A stretch of DNA of 61,884 bases, counting the filler, from Dirinaria sp. TL-2023a (Eukaryota), in NCBI GenBank assembly GCA_051941275.1. It is 2 parts of 2 records of this genome, joined end to end, with 100 filler letters (N's around TTAATTAATTAA, not from the genome) between each part and the next. Parts side by side here need not be neighbours in the genome. Positions count along the whole stretch, not along the records: positions 31,000 to 61,884 come from JAVEBF010000100.1; 1 more part is not named here. One strand, given 5' to 3'. Position numbers and translations under genes: made by a program. The notes beneath the pieces were generated by a model. That model worked only from the letters and a program-made list of their open reading frames with translations. It did not search any database and was not told the origin of the DNA. Each line of letters begins with the position of its first letter. Positions within the stretch are counted from its first letter, which is position 1. Positions 48,915-61,884 of this stretch are shown piece after piece.

Positions 48915-50156
48915 ATTGAAGACACGAGCAAGAAGAGATTGATGGAGCCCAGAGAGAAAGCCACGATTGCACAGCCGAAATAGATGCTTCTTAAGAACTA
49001 GAGATGCTGAGGTAGAGAAGAAAGAAAGGAAGGAAGAGATTGAGATCGAAGACGGTTTCTATATTCCCCAGAACCCCACTTTTGAGTCAAGTTCATCTCG
49101 TCTTCATTCGAGATTGATGCCTAGTTCAAAAAATGAATCGATGGCGTGATTGCTATGTAGTATATAGTATGTTCGTTTGAATTGTAAAGTGAGTATTCGT
49201 TTTTTGAAATTCATTTTTTTATATCCGAGAATGTGAATATGGGTTGTCAGCTGACGAGAAATCGACTTCAAAGAACTATTCATTTTTCGAATGAACATTA
49301 CTGCATTTCAAACCTTCACTTTTTTTTCTTTTCTTCGATGAACAGTATGGAGATCTTATATGCTTGGGTTTTAGAAATCTTTTCAGCCACGAGACTGATT
49401 TTGCGCAGATGACGCACATGTGATTGCCAAGACTTCGCAAATAATGAAGACAAGCTCTGCAAATCACACTGCCAATCAAGCGGAGTCACATGCTTCGACA
49501 GATGATCTTCAAAATTCATGCAAGATACATACATGTATTGTGATCTTGTTTTTTGAAAGAGCAACTAAACAACGAAAACTCTCTGTACTAACTGACAATC
49601 ATGGGTAATGCTGGTGAGGAGCCCAATGCAGTGTGTGTAAGATCATGCATAGTATCTTTCTTTGAGCTAGAGAAGCATTACTGCCCATGCACAAAGCACC
49701 ACATCACAGGTTATTCTCCCAGACCAGTCCGCTTTGTCACAAAACGTGATTTCACTAATCTCACTCACACGAATGTTCATAATCTCTTTCCTTAGCTAAG
49801 ATATCAGCACCATACTCAGAGATATCAGACATGCAGCTTTCGATCTTTGAGAAAGCGTGGCTTGAGAATTCCTTTCTTGTTTGATCTGACAATCCTTCTT
49901 TGTTCCACCCTTGATCATGGTTCTTCTAAGGCTTTTTCAATGAAGATTTTCTGTCATTGTTCCCAACAATGCTTTTGTCCAAATCCCGATGATGTTTATT
50001 ACGAGCCTCCTGCTTCAAAAGTTGTGAGCTCTGATATGCACTGACTGCTTTTCATTCGGCGCACATCGAACAAACTGTTACAAGACTTCTAACAAGTATC
50101 CAATCCCGTTTTTCTGGCCATTTGTTGCTAATTGGAGAGCAGACGAACAGAAAATC

Positions 50157-50858
50157 ATGGTTTATCAGAAGCTTCGCGGTCTAGCGCAGACCGTTGTTCC
50201 AAAACGCTATCTCTCCTCGGATCAGGCGCTGAAGAATACATGTAAGTGTGAAGACCCTTTCTGCGATAACCATGAGACAGGAGACGAAGAAGATCTGAGT
50301 CAGGAATGGGCCTGGATGGATCAAGAGTCTGGGCAAGCTAAGAAATCCATTCCGAAACAAGCTGAGAAGCCCATACTGAAACAAAATGGACAGAAGCGCT
50401 CTCAAGAGACGAAACAAGCACCCTCCAAACCGATCAATGCCCCAGATGACTCTTCCCAGACCATGGCCGTCCCGCATCTTCCACCAAAATCTACCTTCTG
50501 GCAGAACCCCCGTACGCGGGCACGAGATGACCTCCTCCTTCTAGCCGTAGTACAGCCTCCTCAATGCGACGCGCCTCGCTGCCCTCTAAACCAGGCGCCG
50601 TACAACATCCCGCATATGAAAGGTATATACGTGCACAACGGACAATCGCTGAGCTTGGAACTTTCGGGACACGTGTCCAAGTATCTGATGTCTATCATCG
50701 ATGATTTCGGAGGGTCCTTGCCCCCCTTGGGGATATGGAAGGCTTATGAGAGGATGGTGCGGCGGAGGGCTGAGGAGGGGGATTCGGAACTCGTGGTTGG
50801 ATTCTTTAGGAGCCATTGTACTGCGGAGGCTTGTGAAAAGCTGTTGAAACGGTTGTAG
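50157..50858 (+). CDS. Hypothetical protein, 233 aa, with Cys/His clusters
   Basis: Intact intronless ORF with good ATG context; CKCEDPFCDNH and CDAPRCP...H..G.Y.H motifs. Confidence 0.6.
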   Translation: MVYQKLRGLAQTVVPKRYLSSDQALKNTCKCEDPFCDNHETGDEEDLSQEWAWMDQESGQAKKSIPKQAEKPILKQNGQKRSQETKQAPSKPINAPDDSSQTMAVPHLPPKSTFWQNPRTRARDDLLLLAVVQPPQCDAPRCPLNQAPYNIPHMKGIYVHNGQSLSLELSGHVSKYLMSIIDDFGGSLPPLGIWKAYERMVRRRAEEGDSELVVGFFRSHCTAEACEKLLKRL

Positions 50859-53800
50859 GTGATGGGCTGAGGATTCGTCTATCTTGGATAACGGCGTATT
50901 CGTTGGTGGTAATTTGCTCCATTGCCGAGTAGAGGATAAAGGTTAAGGTGGTTCCACCTGTTAACGAATATCCTCACATAGACAATATAGGCGGGTCTTG
51001 ATTGCTCATGTATAGCCAGCTTCAGATCCCAGCAGCTATCTTTACCAGATTGTAAAAGATCTGCACTTGAGATTCTTTCCCTCCGAATCTGCTCTAAAAT
51101 GTTCCACGCTCTCGAGCGCCGCCATACGCATTCTCCAGACTTTAGCTCGTGTACAGTTTTTGCCTTGTAATCTCGTGTATTCCTGAGTCTCGAGCCATGA
51201 GCATTGTCTCACCTCGAATTCTGTGCGCTTCAAGGCCTCTGACCATCTATGTTGCCTTCAACGATATAGGTTTCCAGGGCTTGAGTCGTGTGCATTGCCG
51301 GGTCTCGGGCCACATTAGATCCTACTCCTTGTCGTGGACATTTCTTGTAGTCGTATTTGCTGTCTTTGGCTGTATAGATTCTTAATATGCTGAATCTGAC
51401 CAAGCGGTCGCCGCCTTCAGTATGCGGTTTCCACTTTGTTTCTAACATGCTGCTGCAGTCTCCGCTGCTACCGCGGTTTCCGCTTCAAGTCTGCCATCCG
51501 AAGCGCCTTTCTAACCATTTCGGCGTGCTTCATGTCAGAAGCTGATCTTTAGCTTTTTCGATTAACGTGCTTGGGTTTCTGGGTGTTATTGGCGCTAGGT
51601 GCAGCATTTTGATGCGGATCCTGCTTGTGCTGCTCGGACATCCGTGCCCAGTCCTATGTAGTTGGATTTGGCACTGACGAGGCCCCTGTTGAAAAGGATG
51701 ATTTCAAGGCATCGAAAGTACGTGGACAGCATACATCTCGACTAACCTTTCCAACAGAAGCAGCTAGAAGTGACAGGCTGGGCATGATTTCCGAGAGCGG
51801 CACTTGCATTGCGTGGAGAAGCTGGGCATAAGCAATGTTGCAGCTGAAGTGATTTGAAGGTCGCCAGTGCTCCTTTCTCGGCATTGTTCAAAGAACTAGC
51901 AGCTTTGGGCCATTGTATGAATGATCAAGTAGCAGCGCCTCCTCGTGCACTAGCTCTTCTTCGGCAGCGACTCTTACCTCAGGTCGCAATTCTACAGCAT
52001 CGGCTGCTTTTGGTCCTGGTTCACAAACCATTCTCGCATCCAACGCTCTATCGGTATCACCCAATGGCTCGACTCCAGCGTCTGAGGACAGTAAAACTGT
52101 ATAGATGCCTGATATCACCTCACAGAGGCCATTGATGCGATCTCGAGTGCGCATTCTGAGACTATCGTTGTCATGACTTATAGGTATGCGGTCGTTTCTA
52201 CGCACTCAGCTGACCTAGGGTAGCCCGATTTGTGGTCCACTGCTTGAACCTTCTCGATGCACTTAGCACTATGGGTAGGTCTCCCCGATGGACTTAGCAG
52301 CATGAGCAGTGTGTATGGATGAGTATCTAAGGCACCTCCAACATCACCTTTGGCACTTCCACAGCTGCTTCATTATCGCATTTGTTATCGCATTGCGGAA
52401 GCGCTTTTTCCTACCCATTCATTGCAAGTATCGGGCGGTGAGGTAGAGGGAGTTGTTGGCGTTAGAGGCAGCTTGTTTTGAGGCAGTTGTTGCTTACTAG
52501 TTGGGCGCCGTTAGCACCGTAAATGCCCCAAATTGAAATACAACATGACTTTTGCCAATGCTAGTCCAATGAGGCATCGAAAGTACTTCTTGCGTCTCTT
52601 TTAACTACAACCCTCTCTGCCCGCACATCAGCAGCCGCTATTCCTGTGCCAAGCGGCTCTACCGAACGTGGCGGCAGGAGAGGGTCCACGTCTTCCTCGT
52701 CCTGCACCTCTGCAGATCAAATCGTACGCAGTAAATATGGCAAAAGTTTTGCATGCGGCCCGTTGCCGATGAAATTGCCTGCCGAAACGGGGCAATCGTG
52801 CGGGTTTCCGACATGCGAGGGTGGAGGATGTGTGGGTGGGGTTTGGTACTAGGAACTCAATTGGGCGTTTGGGATTTTCGATCCTCAAGCTAGGATTAAT
52901 TGAATGATTGCTGTCGGCATGTTTTGAGAGTAGAGAAAAAAAAAAAAAAGGTTTCATCATACCTGAAGCTCTTGCATGTCACACTCAAAAACCTTGTGAC
53001 CATGTCGAGTAGGTAGCTCCGGGTCATGCTCGTAACAAGTAGGTAGTTCTGAAACTCGTCCCCTTTCCTCCTCCTCCTCCTCCTCCTCCTCCATCCTCAC
53101 AATGGACATCGGCCAGATTGGCGTTACAGGGAGACCTACTCTATCCTACGCTCAGCCATGGTGCACTTGCCAGCTTTTTCCCATAAAGTTTCACGCCTTG
53201 CCATCCTGCCCAAGTCGCGCTTTCCCTCTCTGAAATACCTGGCGGTACTCTTTGACGGAAGCTTTTTTTCGCCTAGCTGTAGGCATTTCATAGCTATGTT
53301 GTTTATCATCATGGCGCGAATCTGTTCATTGACAAACTCCGACAAAACGGGTGCACCGAGCCCATGCCGTAGTTCGGAGACAGTTGACAGCATACACCAC
53401 ATTCTCGTGTGCGTGAGATGTCACTGCACCTCACAACGATGATGCAGGCAGCAACTTTAGGCAGGATGTGGTCGCATTATTTGATGGTCAACTGGCATAA
53501 GTATTACCTCAATAAGGCACACATAGTGCGCGCTAGATGCCCCTTTGATGCCTGATCCCCGAGGTTTTGCCGGAATGGCCACTGCAACATTCTCACTCGC
53601 TCGACTATGCATATGTGATACAACACCTCGTGCCTTAGCCTAGCGATCGACGTGCAGAAGACAGTCATTTGTACAAAGTAATAGAAAGTGGGGAAGAATT
53701 CCAACAAAGCTAGTGATCGAGCACAGATACCTAGCATAGCAGGTGGAACGGGCCCCAGAAGCGTGATGTGGTATACGCAGTATCACCGCAAAATCATCGC

Positions 53801-54398
53801 AGTATTTTACCTTTGCGTGCAGTGGGCGTGTTCCATCCGCCGATCGTCACACACACTGAGCTCAGAATCGCAGGCACTATGAAAATGCAATCATGCAGAG
53901 CGAGAAGATATCTTGTGGGCACAGCTATGCCTTTGATGTACCACCGTCCGCACAAGTCGGCTTAGTTCGTGATTGGAATCCAATCTGCATCTCGGGTCGA
54001 TCATGGCACTCGACATGACCCCACCTGGCGGCTTTTACGAATTGAGAAACTCGAGCAAGTGCTTCTCCATCAACGAAGGATATGACGTCCTTCACATCGA
54101 GGCCGGTATTGGAGTCCTCGTGTGGAATTGGATGCTTGCAGAATGCGCTACGTCCCACATTGTAACAGGTTCAGAGCATAGTTAAGTTTAAAGCACACAC
54201 CTGCCGCTTGATTAGCAAGCACTTTTCTTTTTCTTTTCTTTTTCTTTTTTTTTATTATTATTAATATCTAAGGAGGATCTGCCACAAAAAAAGAGTCCTG
54301 GAGATCTCGATTGCTTAGAACGAAGTGCGCTTGTAGTGCTGGCTTTTTCTATCGTCGTCACTTAGTATACGCATCGTTACTGTCCCTAAGTTCCAATC

Positions 54399-57300
54399 AT
54401 GTCTATCTTCAACGTCAAACATTCCAAGATTGAGGAAGACACATCACACCAGAAAATCTCCTCCTATTTTCTTGGCCCTCGGGCAGAGAACTTTGAGTAT
54501 CTGAGGTCCAATATCCTGACAATTCTCGAAGAGCAAAGGGACACTAGACTTGATTACTTTCCTGACGATGGCGTGAGTATATCATTCTTGTCAAATGTTC
54601 GCAGTCATTATTTTCAATGATAACTCTGGCCGCACGAGGAGGTTGGACCATCCTAGTTATCTTTACTCGGGCCGATGCCCAAATGGGAATCAGCAGAAGA
54701 AAAGTTTAATCTGAAGCTTTCTGCCCTAGGATTTCATATCAACCTCAATACAAAGGTCCACGACTTTTCGGCGCTCCGCCAAAAAGATCGCGCATGCAGT
54801 CAGAGACGCGGCCCACCTACTGGGAAAGCATTCCATACCATTCTGGTCCCCTCGATACCAAGGGCATATGTGCATGGACTTGTCAATGCCTGCCATTTGC
54901 GGCTATTTCATGACGATGCTCTTCAATCCCAACAACGTGTGTGTATAAGTATAACATATCAATTCACTAGGTATACCTAGTAACTCGTTACTCTTAGGAC
55001 CATTGAAGCGAGTCCGATGACTACTGTGGCGGAGATGGAAGTTGGTGATCAACTATGTAATCTCTTCGGCTTTAACGTCAATCCCAACGTGACGGACCAG
55101 CCAACCGGATGGGGCCATATAACGTGCGATGGCTCAGTTGCAAATCTCGAGTCTGTTTGGGTCGGTACGTGTTGCCGTGTTTCAAAGGTCTCACTTGTGT
55201 AGCTGATTTGGAAATGCTATTCAGCACGTAACCTCAAGTTCTATCCGCTATCCATCTTCTCAGCAATGAAGGAGAGTGGGCCGTTAGCCTTCGCTGCTGG
55301 GACGTTCAAGATGAAGGTCTGCGTTGGTGAAGAAAAACTCTTTACCGAGTTTTCCACTTGGGAGCTCCTCAACATTAAAGCCAAAGACATCTTAGACATC
55401 CCTCAAAGACTGTATGATCAGTACCATATCTCCCAGAAGTTTCTCGAAGCTGTCGTGCAGGAGTATGGGATCCAGTCCACATCGAAGGAAGCCCTAGAAA
55501 AAGAGTTCAACCTTGGACCGATGCGCTATTACTTGGCCAACTCTAGGCACTATTCGTGGCCGAAAGCAGGTGGTAAGTAATAGAGTTCTCAGGATGGTGT
55601 AATCACTCATCGAATCTTCATTTATAGCCGTTACCGGTATTGGTTCGGACAATATGGTTGGAATCCAACTCGACCACGGCGCGAGGATCGATTTGGAAGA
55701 TTTGAGAGTTCATCTACAAGAAAGCCTAGACAAGAAGCAAGCAGTTTATGCTGTTGTCGCGATTGTTGGCTCAACAGAAGAAGGCTCTGTGGATCCATTG
55801 GCAGACATTATCAAGCTACGTGACGAGTTCCAAGCCAAGGGGCTGTCATTTTTGGTCCATGCAGACGCGGCTTGGGGAGGGTAATACGCCTCATAGAACA
55901 AAATTCCACAAACGGTTTCTTCGTGGCTGATTTCTGAATTAGATATTTTTGTACCATGTTGCCCAGAGATTTCAGGCCGGGTGACCTTATTCCGTTGCCT
56001 AGCGAGCAAGAATCAGGCGACGGCTTTGTGCCAGATGCATCTCTGCGAGGTGTGTCGGATGCTCACTGATTGCGATACTTTGACTGATGCTGCGCTAGCA
56101 AAAACCACCGAGGATTTGTTCATGATTAGGCAAGCAGATTCGGTTACCATTGATCCACATAAAGCGGCTTATGTCCCGTACCCTGCTGGTGCACTTTGTT
56201 ACCGCGATGGTCGAATGAGGTTCTTAGTTACCTGGACTAGTCCATATCTCGCTCGTGGCGCTACGACGGCGACTAGCATTGGTATATTCGGGATTGAAGG
56301 AAGGTAAGTAGAGTTTTCCTTAACTGTGCGAATGCGTTTTCTGTCTGTCAAGTGTCATCGAAGCAAGTACACAAAAACATTCGACGACTTGGCTATACTG
56401 CGTTACTGGGCATGGCCTTGGTTACGTCCGAGAACCGCTGTGTTGCAATCTACGGTGGGCCTCCAATCAAAGTAGCTGACTCCTTATGCGACAATATAGC
56501 AAGCCGGGGGCTTCCGTGATGTCTACCTGGTTTAATCACGCGGCAATAGGGTTGAATTCTGAAGGGTATGGTAAGTTGCTAGGTGAGGTGACGTGGACCT
56601 GCAGCAGGGTAGGAGCCACTCAGTTATCCTTTGAAAAGTTTTTGTACTGATACGGATTTTTGCGTAGCTCTCAGCTGAATGGGCTGCAATGTCTACCAAA
56701 GACGATAGTTTCACAGTCGTTCCTTTGAATATGCTTCCGTCGGAGCTGAAGGAAGACTCCACGCCTGAAGATGTGGAGAAGGAGCGACAAAAGATCCGGG
56801 ACCGTATTCTGACAAAGTCAAACGAAGAAATAGTCAAAGCCGATTCCACAAGACCCGATGATGATAAGACAATGGCCTTGTTGCGAGCTCTTGGCTCTGA
56901 CCTCAACATCAATGCCTTCTCTATCAACTGGCGCTACCGCGATGGCACTCTTAATGACGAAGTAGAGGAAGCGAACTATTTTGTCCAGCGTGTCATAGAG
57001 AGGCTGTCGATCGACTCGCCCGAGGATGATCCGACCAGCATTCCCTTCTTTTTGACTTCCACCACATTCTTGCTACATGAATACGGTCAATGTGCCCAGA
57101 ACTTCAAGAAACGGCTGGGATTGGTCCAAGATCAATCGGATCTCATGTGCCTGAGGAATGTAGTAATGTCGCCATGGGCTACGGATAGAGACTTTATCAG
57201 TAGTCTCGCTAATGAATTTAAGAAAGTCATGGTCGAAGAAGTCGAGGTAAGAGACTTTCGCCGTGAAGTTTTGCAGCGGCTTCATATCTTGCTGAAACTA

Positions 57301-58329
57301 GCTTGATTCATCCATTTTTGGGAAGAAATCTCTGTTTTTCAACCTACTAGAGAACTAAGATATTTGCATACATTTTACAGAGCTTTCTGTTGACAAGATC
57401 TAGGTTTGTCGAGAACGAAACGATATTAGCAACGACTACCATAAATTTCTTATCCAAGGGGCCAAATCAACGTACTTAATCCATTTCCCCATGTTTCACT
57501 TGGCGAGACATCGGTCGCAGTTCATTGTGAAAGTCGACATCGGTTCGGATGGTTTGAAGTCATACCAAGATGCAAAGTCTAGGAACCCTTCCGCGACATT
57601 CATCTTGACGACTCGAGCTAAAGAGAACCTTGGAGATTTAGCTACCAAGAAGAAGACCTTCAAAGCCGATATCGAGATCCAGAATAGCTCGAAGAAGATG
57701 TAAATTCTCTCAATATCGTTAGTTTTGTTAATTATCTAATTGTCACACATAGAATCGAGACCATCAAGGACATCTCGGTAACAATAACGTCAGTTCTTAA
57801 AGATCGTTCTTTGAAGGCCCGTTATTTTGACACCGCATACCCATCCGGCAAGATGCCTTTCTACCTATACGGCTCTCAGGAGGAACTGAATATCGACCAC
57901 ATCCTCGTCCGCAGCCCAAATATACAGCTTTCCGCTAACATCAAGCTCGAATCCGGTACTACTGTTTCTGAGCAAGTCCTTGCTAAAGGTGCTATTCTCT
58001 TGGCCGAGGGTATAGAGGAAGCAGCTATGCAGCCTTTCCCTGCCACAGAAGACAACAGCCTAGCCCATGAACCGGATTTCTTCTTCCGACCAGGGCAGAA
58101 GTTTCCGGTCCAGATCTTCGAAGATAAGAAGGCTGCTGATGCGACAGGGCCAGGATTGGCCGACATGGCTCATACGGAGGTGTTGGCCTCTGGGACTATG
58201 ACTTTGGGCCAAGACGTGTATGTGGACGCATACGCGTTGAATGAGGATCCGTTCGAAAGGGTAGAAGGGGACGAGAAGTTCAAGAAGTGGAAGCGAGTCT
58301 TCGATCGCATTGAGCAACAACTGCAGTAA
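54399..58329 (+). CDS. Group II PLP-dependent decarboxylase (bacterial TyrDC-like / fungal ncAAAD-like) with C-terminal extra domain, multi-exon
   Basis: FLGPRAENF, PFWSPRYQGHM, NPNNV, GWGHITCDGSVANLES, GSTEEG, HADAAWGG|Y, SVTIDPHK (PLP Lys), GIEG|SKPGA. Confidence 0.92.
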
Positions 58330-60252
58330 GTACTCGAGGACTATCTTTGAAAAAGAAAAAGGCCGGGGACCGAGGGGGGGCGAAGGCATCGTATGACGAA
58401 TCACGGTCATCTACTATCTTTAAGAGGCAATCATTTAATGAAAAGCGACAATCATCGCAAGATCTAACGTGTAAATTGCACCAAGCCCTTGGGCTGGATT
58501 GAATTGACGACTTGACGCAATAGCAACAGACATGATAAGCCATCCATCACTCCTAAAGTAATGCTTCCCCTGAAATGTCTTTGGCGCAACTCAGGGTTCT
58601 CACCCTAAACTACCGACTGCCGTCACTCCTGGCATTTGTCTTTGTATCGAGATCACTAGGAAACTTGAGCTTCCGCTCTCAGACCACAATGCGGCAGCAC
58701 TTTGTGACTTAGCCCACCTGGCGCCTGTTTTAATAGAGATGCCGAGCCGAGACTTATGCCGATCCAAAAGTGCGAATCACACGCCCACACGAGATTCACA
58801 CCCTGGCCAATCCCAGAATTTCAGCATCCGGCTTAGCAGGAGACCTTGGGGCTCGCTTTTTTACGTGTAGCAGAGCAGCTACGTATCATTGTCGGATTGA
58901 AAGGTACTCGTGCCCAGTTACGTGAAATTTTTGCCCTACGAGGAAGGTGCTTTTTCGAATCATACAGAGGCTAAGGTCTCTAAATGCAGACAGAGGCCAG
59001 TATAACTTGCCGAGAATTTGAAGTATCGAAAAGAGCTCAGGCATGTTCACCGCCTTCGTGATTGCGTTGCCGTCCAAACACACTTGTCGCTATATAATTG
59101 CGCAATATGGAGAGCAGAAGTGGTTATTCATCACGCGGGAGAACTGCGATTCGGGCTTTAAGTATCTGACTTGATATGCCCACGTTAATCATATGGTGCA
59201 AGAAGTCAAACGCGAATTCGTAAGTCTCACCTTTTGATTTTGTAAACTACTGCTGCTGGAGCCGAAAGTCGGCTGCGAGTCGAATCTATACTGTTTACTA
59301 CTCGTTTCTATGCTTCGACAGTCCAGCCTGGAGTTTTCCTTGCTACGACTGTGCAAATATTCCTAATCCTTTTATAAAGTTGGCTAGACAGCACGGGTCT
59401 CAGTCCGATTATTTACCTAGCAGATCATCTAAAAGGCAGCCAAAAGGTTTTTTGATCCAGAACGAGCAACTTGCTATAATATAGAGCCGATCCGATTCGG
59501 ACATACTAATCAAGTCTTTGTAAGAGTCGAAACTATGGTAAAAGGTATTATCATATCTCCTAGCTAGCAATGTAACAGATAGTGATCCTCACCTTTAAAA
59601 TCTTACTGGATACAATCCTAAATCGAGGCTTTTTTGAGTGGCCATTTGATTCGCAGGAAGAAAACCTGCTGAAATCGATAAGACGAGGACTGGCAGAGTG
59701 AACGAATCAACTCCATCGTATTTGCAAACACATGGGCTGAGAGACGGGAACGTAAATCAATGAGGCTGGTTACGAAAGATCAACTCGCAATTTAGGCCAC
59801 CAACGCTTCACGCAAAGCCTAAGCCAGCTTCGACAGATATAACATTGCATCCTAGACTTCGTATCTCAACTGCACGCGGAAATGCTTCACCATGAGTTTT
59901 CCCCATCTCCTATTTGTCACTCTCAAGATCAAGTCCACAGAAGTTACTTTTTGACCCAATATCTAAGCTGGAGTCAAATTCGTAATTCACATCGAGGCTA
60001 AGTGAGCGTAGTTTAAGATCGCTCGACTCGGCTTTCAATTCACTCTTGCGTGTGAATTCGATGAAGTAAATATCGGTCAAATAAACCTACTCATATTTCT
60101 TCGTCACTTCCCGAGTACTGCAGAGTGATAGATATTCTGACATCGACTACGGTCAAACACTCCTTCTTGAAAGCGTACTACCGCTCGAATAGCTACCATT
60201 TCGAACAGAACCAATATCTTTTGCCATTTCGACATTGCGGATATCACGAATC

Positions 60253-60891
60253 ATGGCTGAGAGTGACCATAACCTTGAAAGTCTTGGGGCTTTCCTTTAT
60301 TGCAGCGACTTCCCCGAGTTGCCAGCTGACGCCCCGGTCGGTCACCCTCATATTTTGGACTTGAAGTGCCTTTTAGCTCTGAGGGGGCAGAAGGGGCCAA
60401 CTATACCCGACCTTGTCGTCACTGTTCTCTTCAAATACAAGCCCGAAGCACTGAAAGCCTTCCTTGACCTCGGCCGCTCAGAGGTCCACTTCCTACGTCG
60501 GAACCCGCCCGAGCGTGATTTCTGTATCTCGAGAAAGGGCAAGCTGGTGAAGGTATTTCTGACTCCTACTAATATACTTGAAGAAAAACACCTTTATGTT
60601 GATTGTAAATTCTAGATCGGGTATCTGAATGAGAGCGATGTCCGAGGCTGGCACTGGCTTTACCAGTTCCACATCGACGACTCTGCGACGGGAAACTGGT
60701 CTCCGGATTTGAGAATCAAGAACGAGAATACACCCCAAGAGATTCTCACACTCACGACGAATACGGAAGAAATTCAACAAGGTGCTTCTATGTTTTCCTT
60801 CAGCGTGGCCTGGAAAGAGCCATGGGTCGAGGAGAGGGACGTGGAAATCGAGTGGGTTTGCGGGCTGTGGCAGGGGATCAAAGAGCTTTGA
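60253..60891 (+). CDS. Hypothetical protein (~191 aa); exons 60253-60552 and 60616-60891
   Basis: Two same-frame ORFs joined by a 63-bp GTATTT...TTCTAG intron that removes the TAG. Confidence 0.5.
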
Positions 60892-61735
60892 GTATTCAGA
60901 GCTGGAGACACAGGATCGTACCACGACCTCGATAGCTTCCGGACAAGAACATGTTATGATGCATATTATGCTAGCATTCATTAGTCCACCCTGAACCAAG
61001 TACAATATCATCATCATCTTGATACTCCACCCATCTTCCAAAAAGCTATTGCAAAACTCCTCGCGTACCCGGTACAGTACAGATAGATTTCTCCACTTGA
61101 TAGCGTCACTATCTGAGCTCATTCTCCTAACAATCAATAAGAAAGATCCTCCAAGCAGGGACCCATCCCTCCACCTTGACAATCCAGCAACAGCAAGATC
61201 CTCCTTCCAAATCTTGCCCACACCAAGAATCCCAGAGATCATCGTCATCATATCACTGCTTCATTCGCAATATCATAAATACCCGCAGCTGATTCGCGAC
61301 TCAGTCTTCTATGCAGCTACACAAACCCAACCATTTCTAACCCACTGATACGAGATCTCCTATGCTTCGCGACAACGACAAATCACATGAAAAGTACACA
61401 CGGCAAATGGTCACGCATAATCAGCTTCCTTTTACTGTTATTGGGGAGAGGAAAAAAAAAAAGGAAGAGTACGAAACGGACAAGATTAGATGCAATTCCA
61501 ATTGGGCTAAGATCCTCATCTCCAAATCTTCTCTTCATTCTATCGCATGCTTCAATCTCATGATCGTGTGTGGGATATAGGTTCAAGATAGAGGAATTAA
61601 TAGCACCGATAACATTTTATTAGAACACGAAACCGTAGATTGATGAGGTTTCTTGAGTTTACATTCATCCCGTAGGCGTATATTAATACTTATAGCACAG
61701 CCAGTATTATTCTCGATGTAGTCACCGCAACCCTC

Positions 61736-61769
61736 TCCTCCTCCTCCTCCTCCTCCTCCTCCTCCTCCT
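61736..61769. repeat. (CCT)n microsatellite
   Basis: About 11 units; a shorter (CCT)n tract is at ~53066-53092. Confidence 0.9.
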
Positions 61770-61884
61770 TCTTATCTAACCATTCCACAGCGCATACGCT
61801 GTGCCAAATTCCTTCATTCGATCTCGACTCCGCCTAGTCCCACGACATACGATCTTCAAACATCCCAAACACACACTCATGGGC

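Noticed and set aside
51400..54180. Several 70-110 aa minus-strand ORFs
   Set aside because: No coherent exon chain or motif; possibly old pseudogenes
60613..60615. In-frame TAG suggesting readthrough or a pseudogene
   Set aside because: Explained as the 3' acceptor of a 63-bp intron
60493..61251. 252-aa minus-strand ORF
   Set aside because: No protein-like motifs, and it overlaps the better-supported spliced plus-strand gene
1..61884. tRNA, 5S rRNA, CRISPR array, Starship captain (DUF3435) or KDZ transposase
   Set aside because: None recognised by eye; tRNAscan-SE and HMM searches would be needed to exclude degenerate copies

Overview
Left end of a filamentous ascomycete chromosome (intron style, gene families and orphan types suggest a lichen-forming Lecanoromycete; this is inference). 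It begins with a (CCCTAA)n telomere, then a 231-bp solo LTR with a perfect 5-bp target-site duplication. A gene-dense subtelomeric accessory block follows (to ~29 kb): a divergent MFS transporter/TauD sulfonate dioxygenase pair with a perfect CYS-3 box; an intronless DhaA-like haloalkane dehalogenase lacking its nucleophile Asp; a gluconokinase with a GC-AG intron; two small secreted proteins; a cyanamide hydratase; a divergent RTA1/Zn2Cys6 pair; and a head-to-head amino-acid permease/Ptr3-like beta-propeller pair that may be an SPS-type amino-acid sensor module. A 100-bp scaffold gap containing an artificial TTAATTAATTAA spacer lies at 30.9 kb, so linkage across it is not proven. Beyond it are ~7.5 kb without recognisable genes and a decayed block with SNF2 helicase and gypsy RNase H relics hypermutated at CC/GG. 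That block surrounds an intact TET/JBP-family dioxygenase gene with a zinc-finger-like tail. The window ends with orphan genes and a large multi-exon PLP-dependent decarboxylase. All family calls come from motif recognition by eye, with no database searches.
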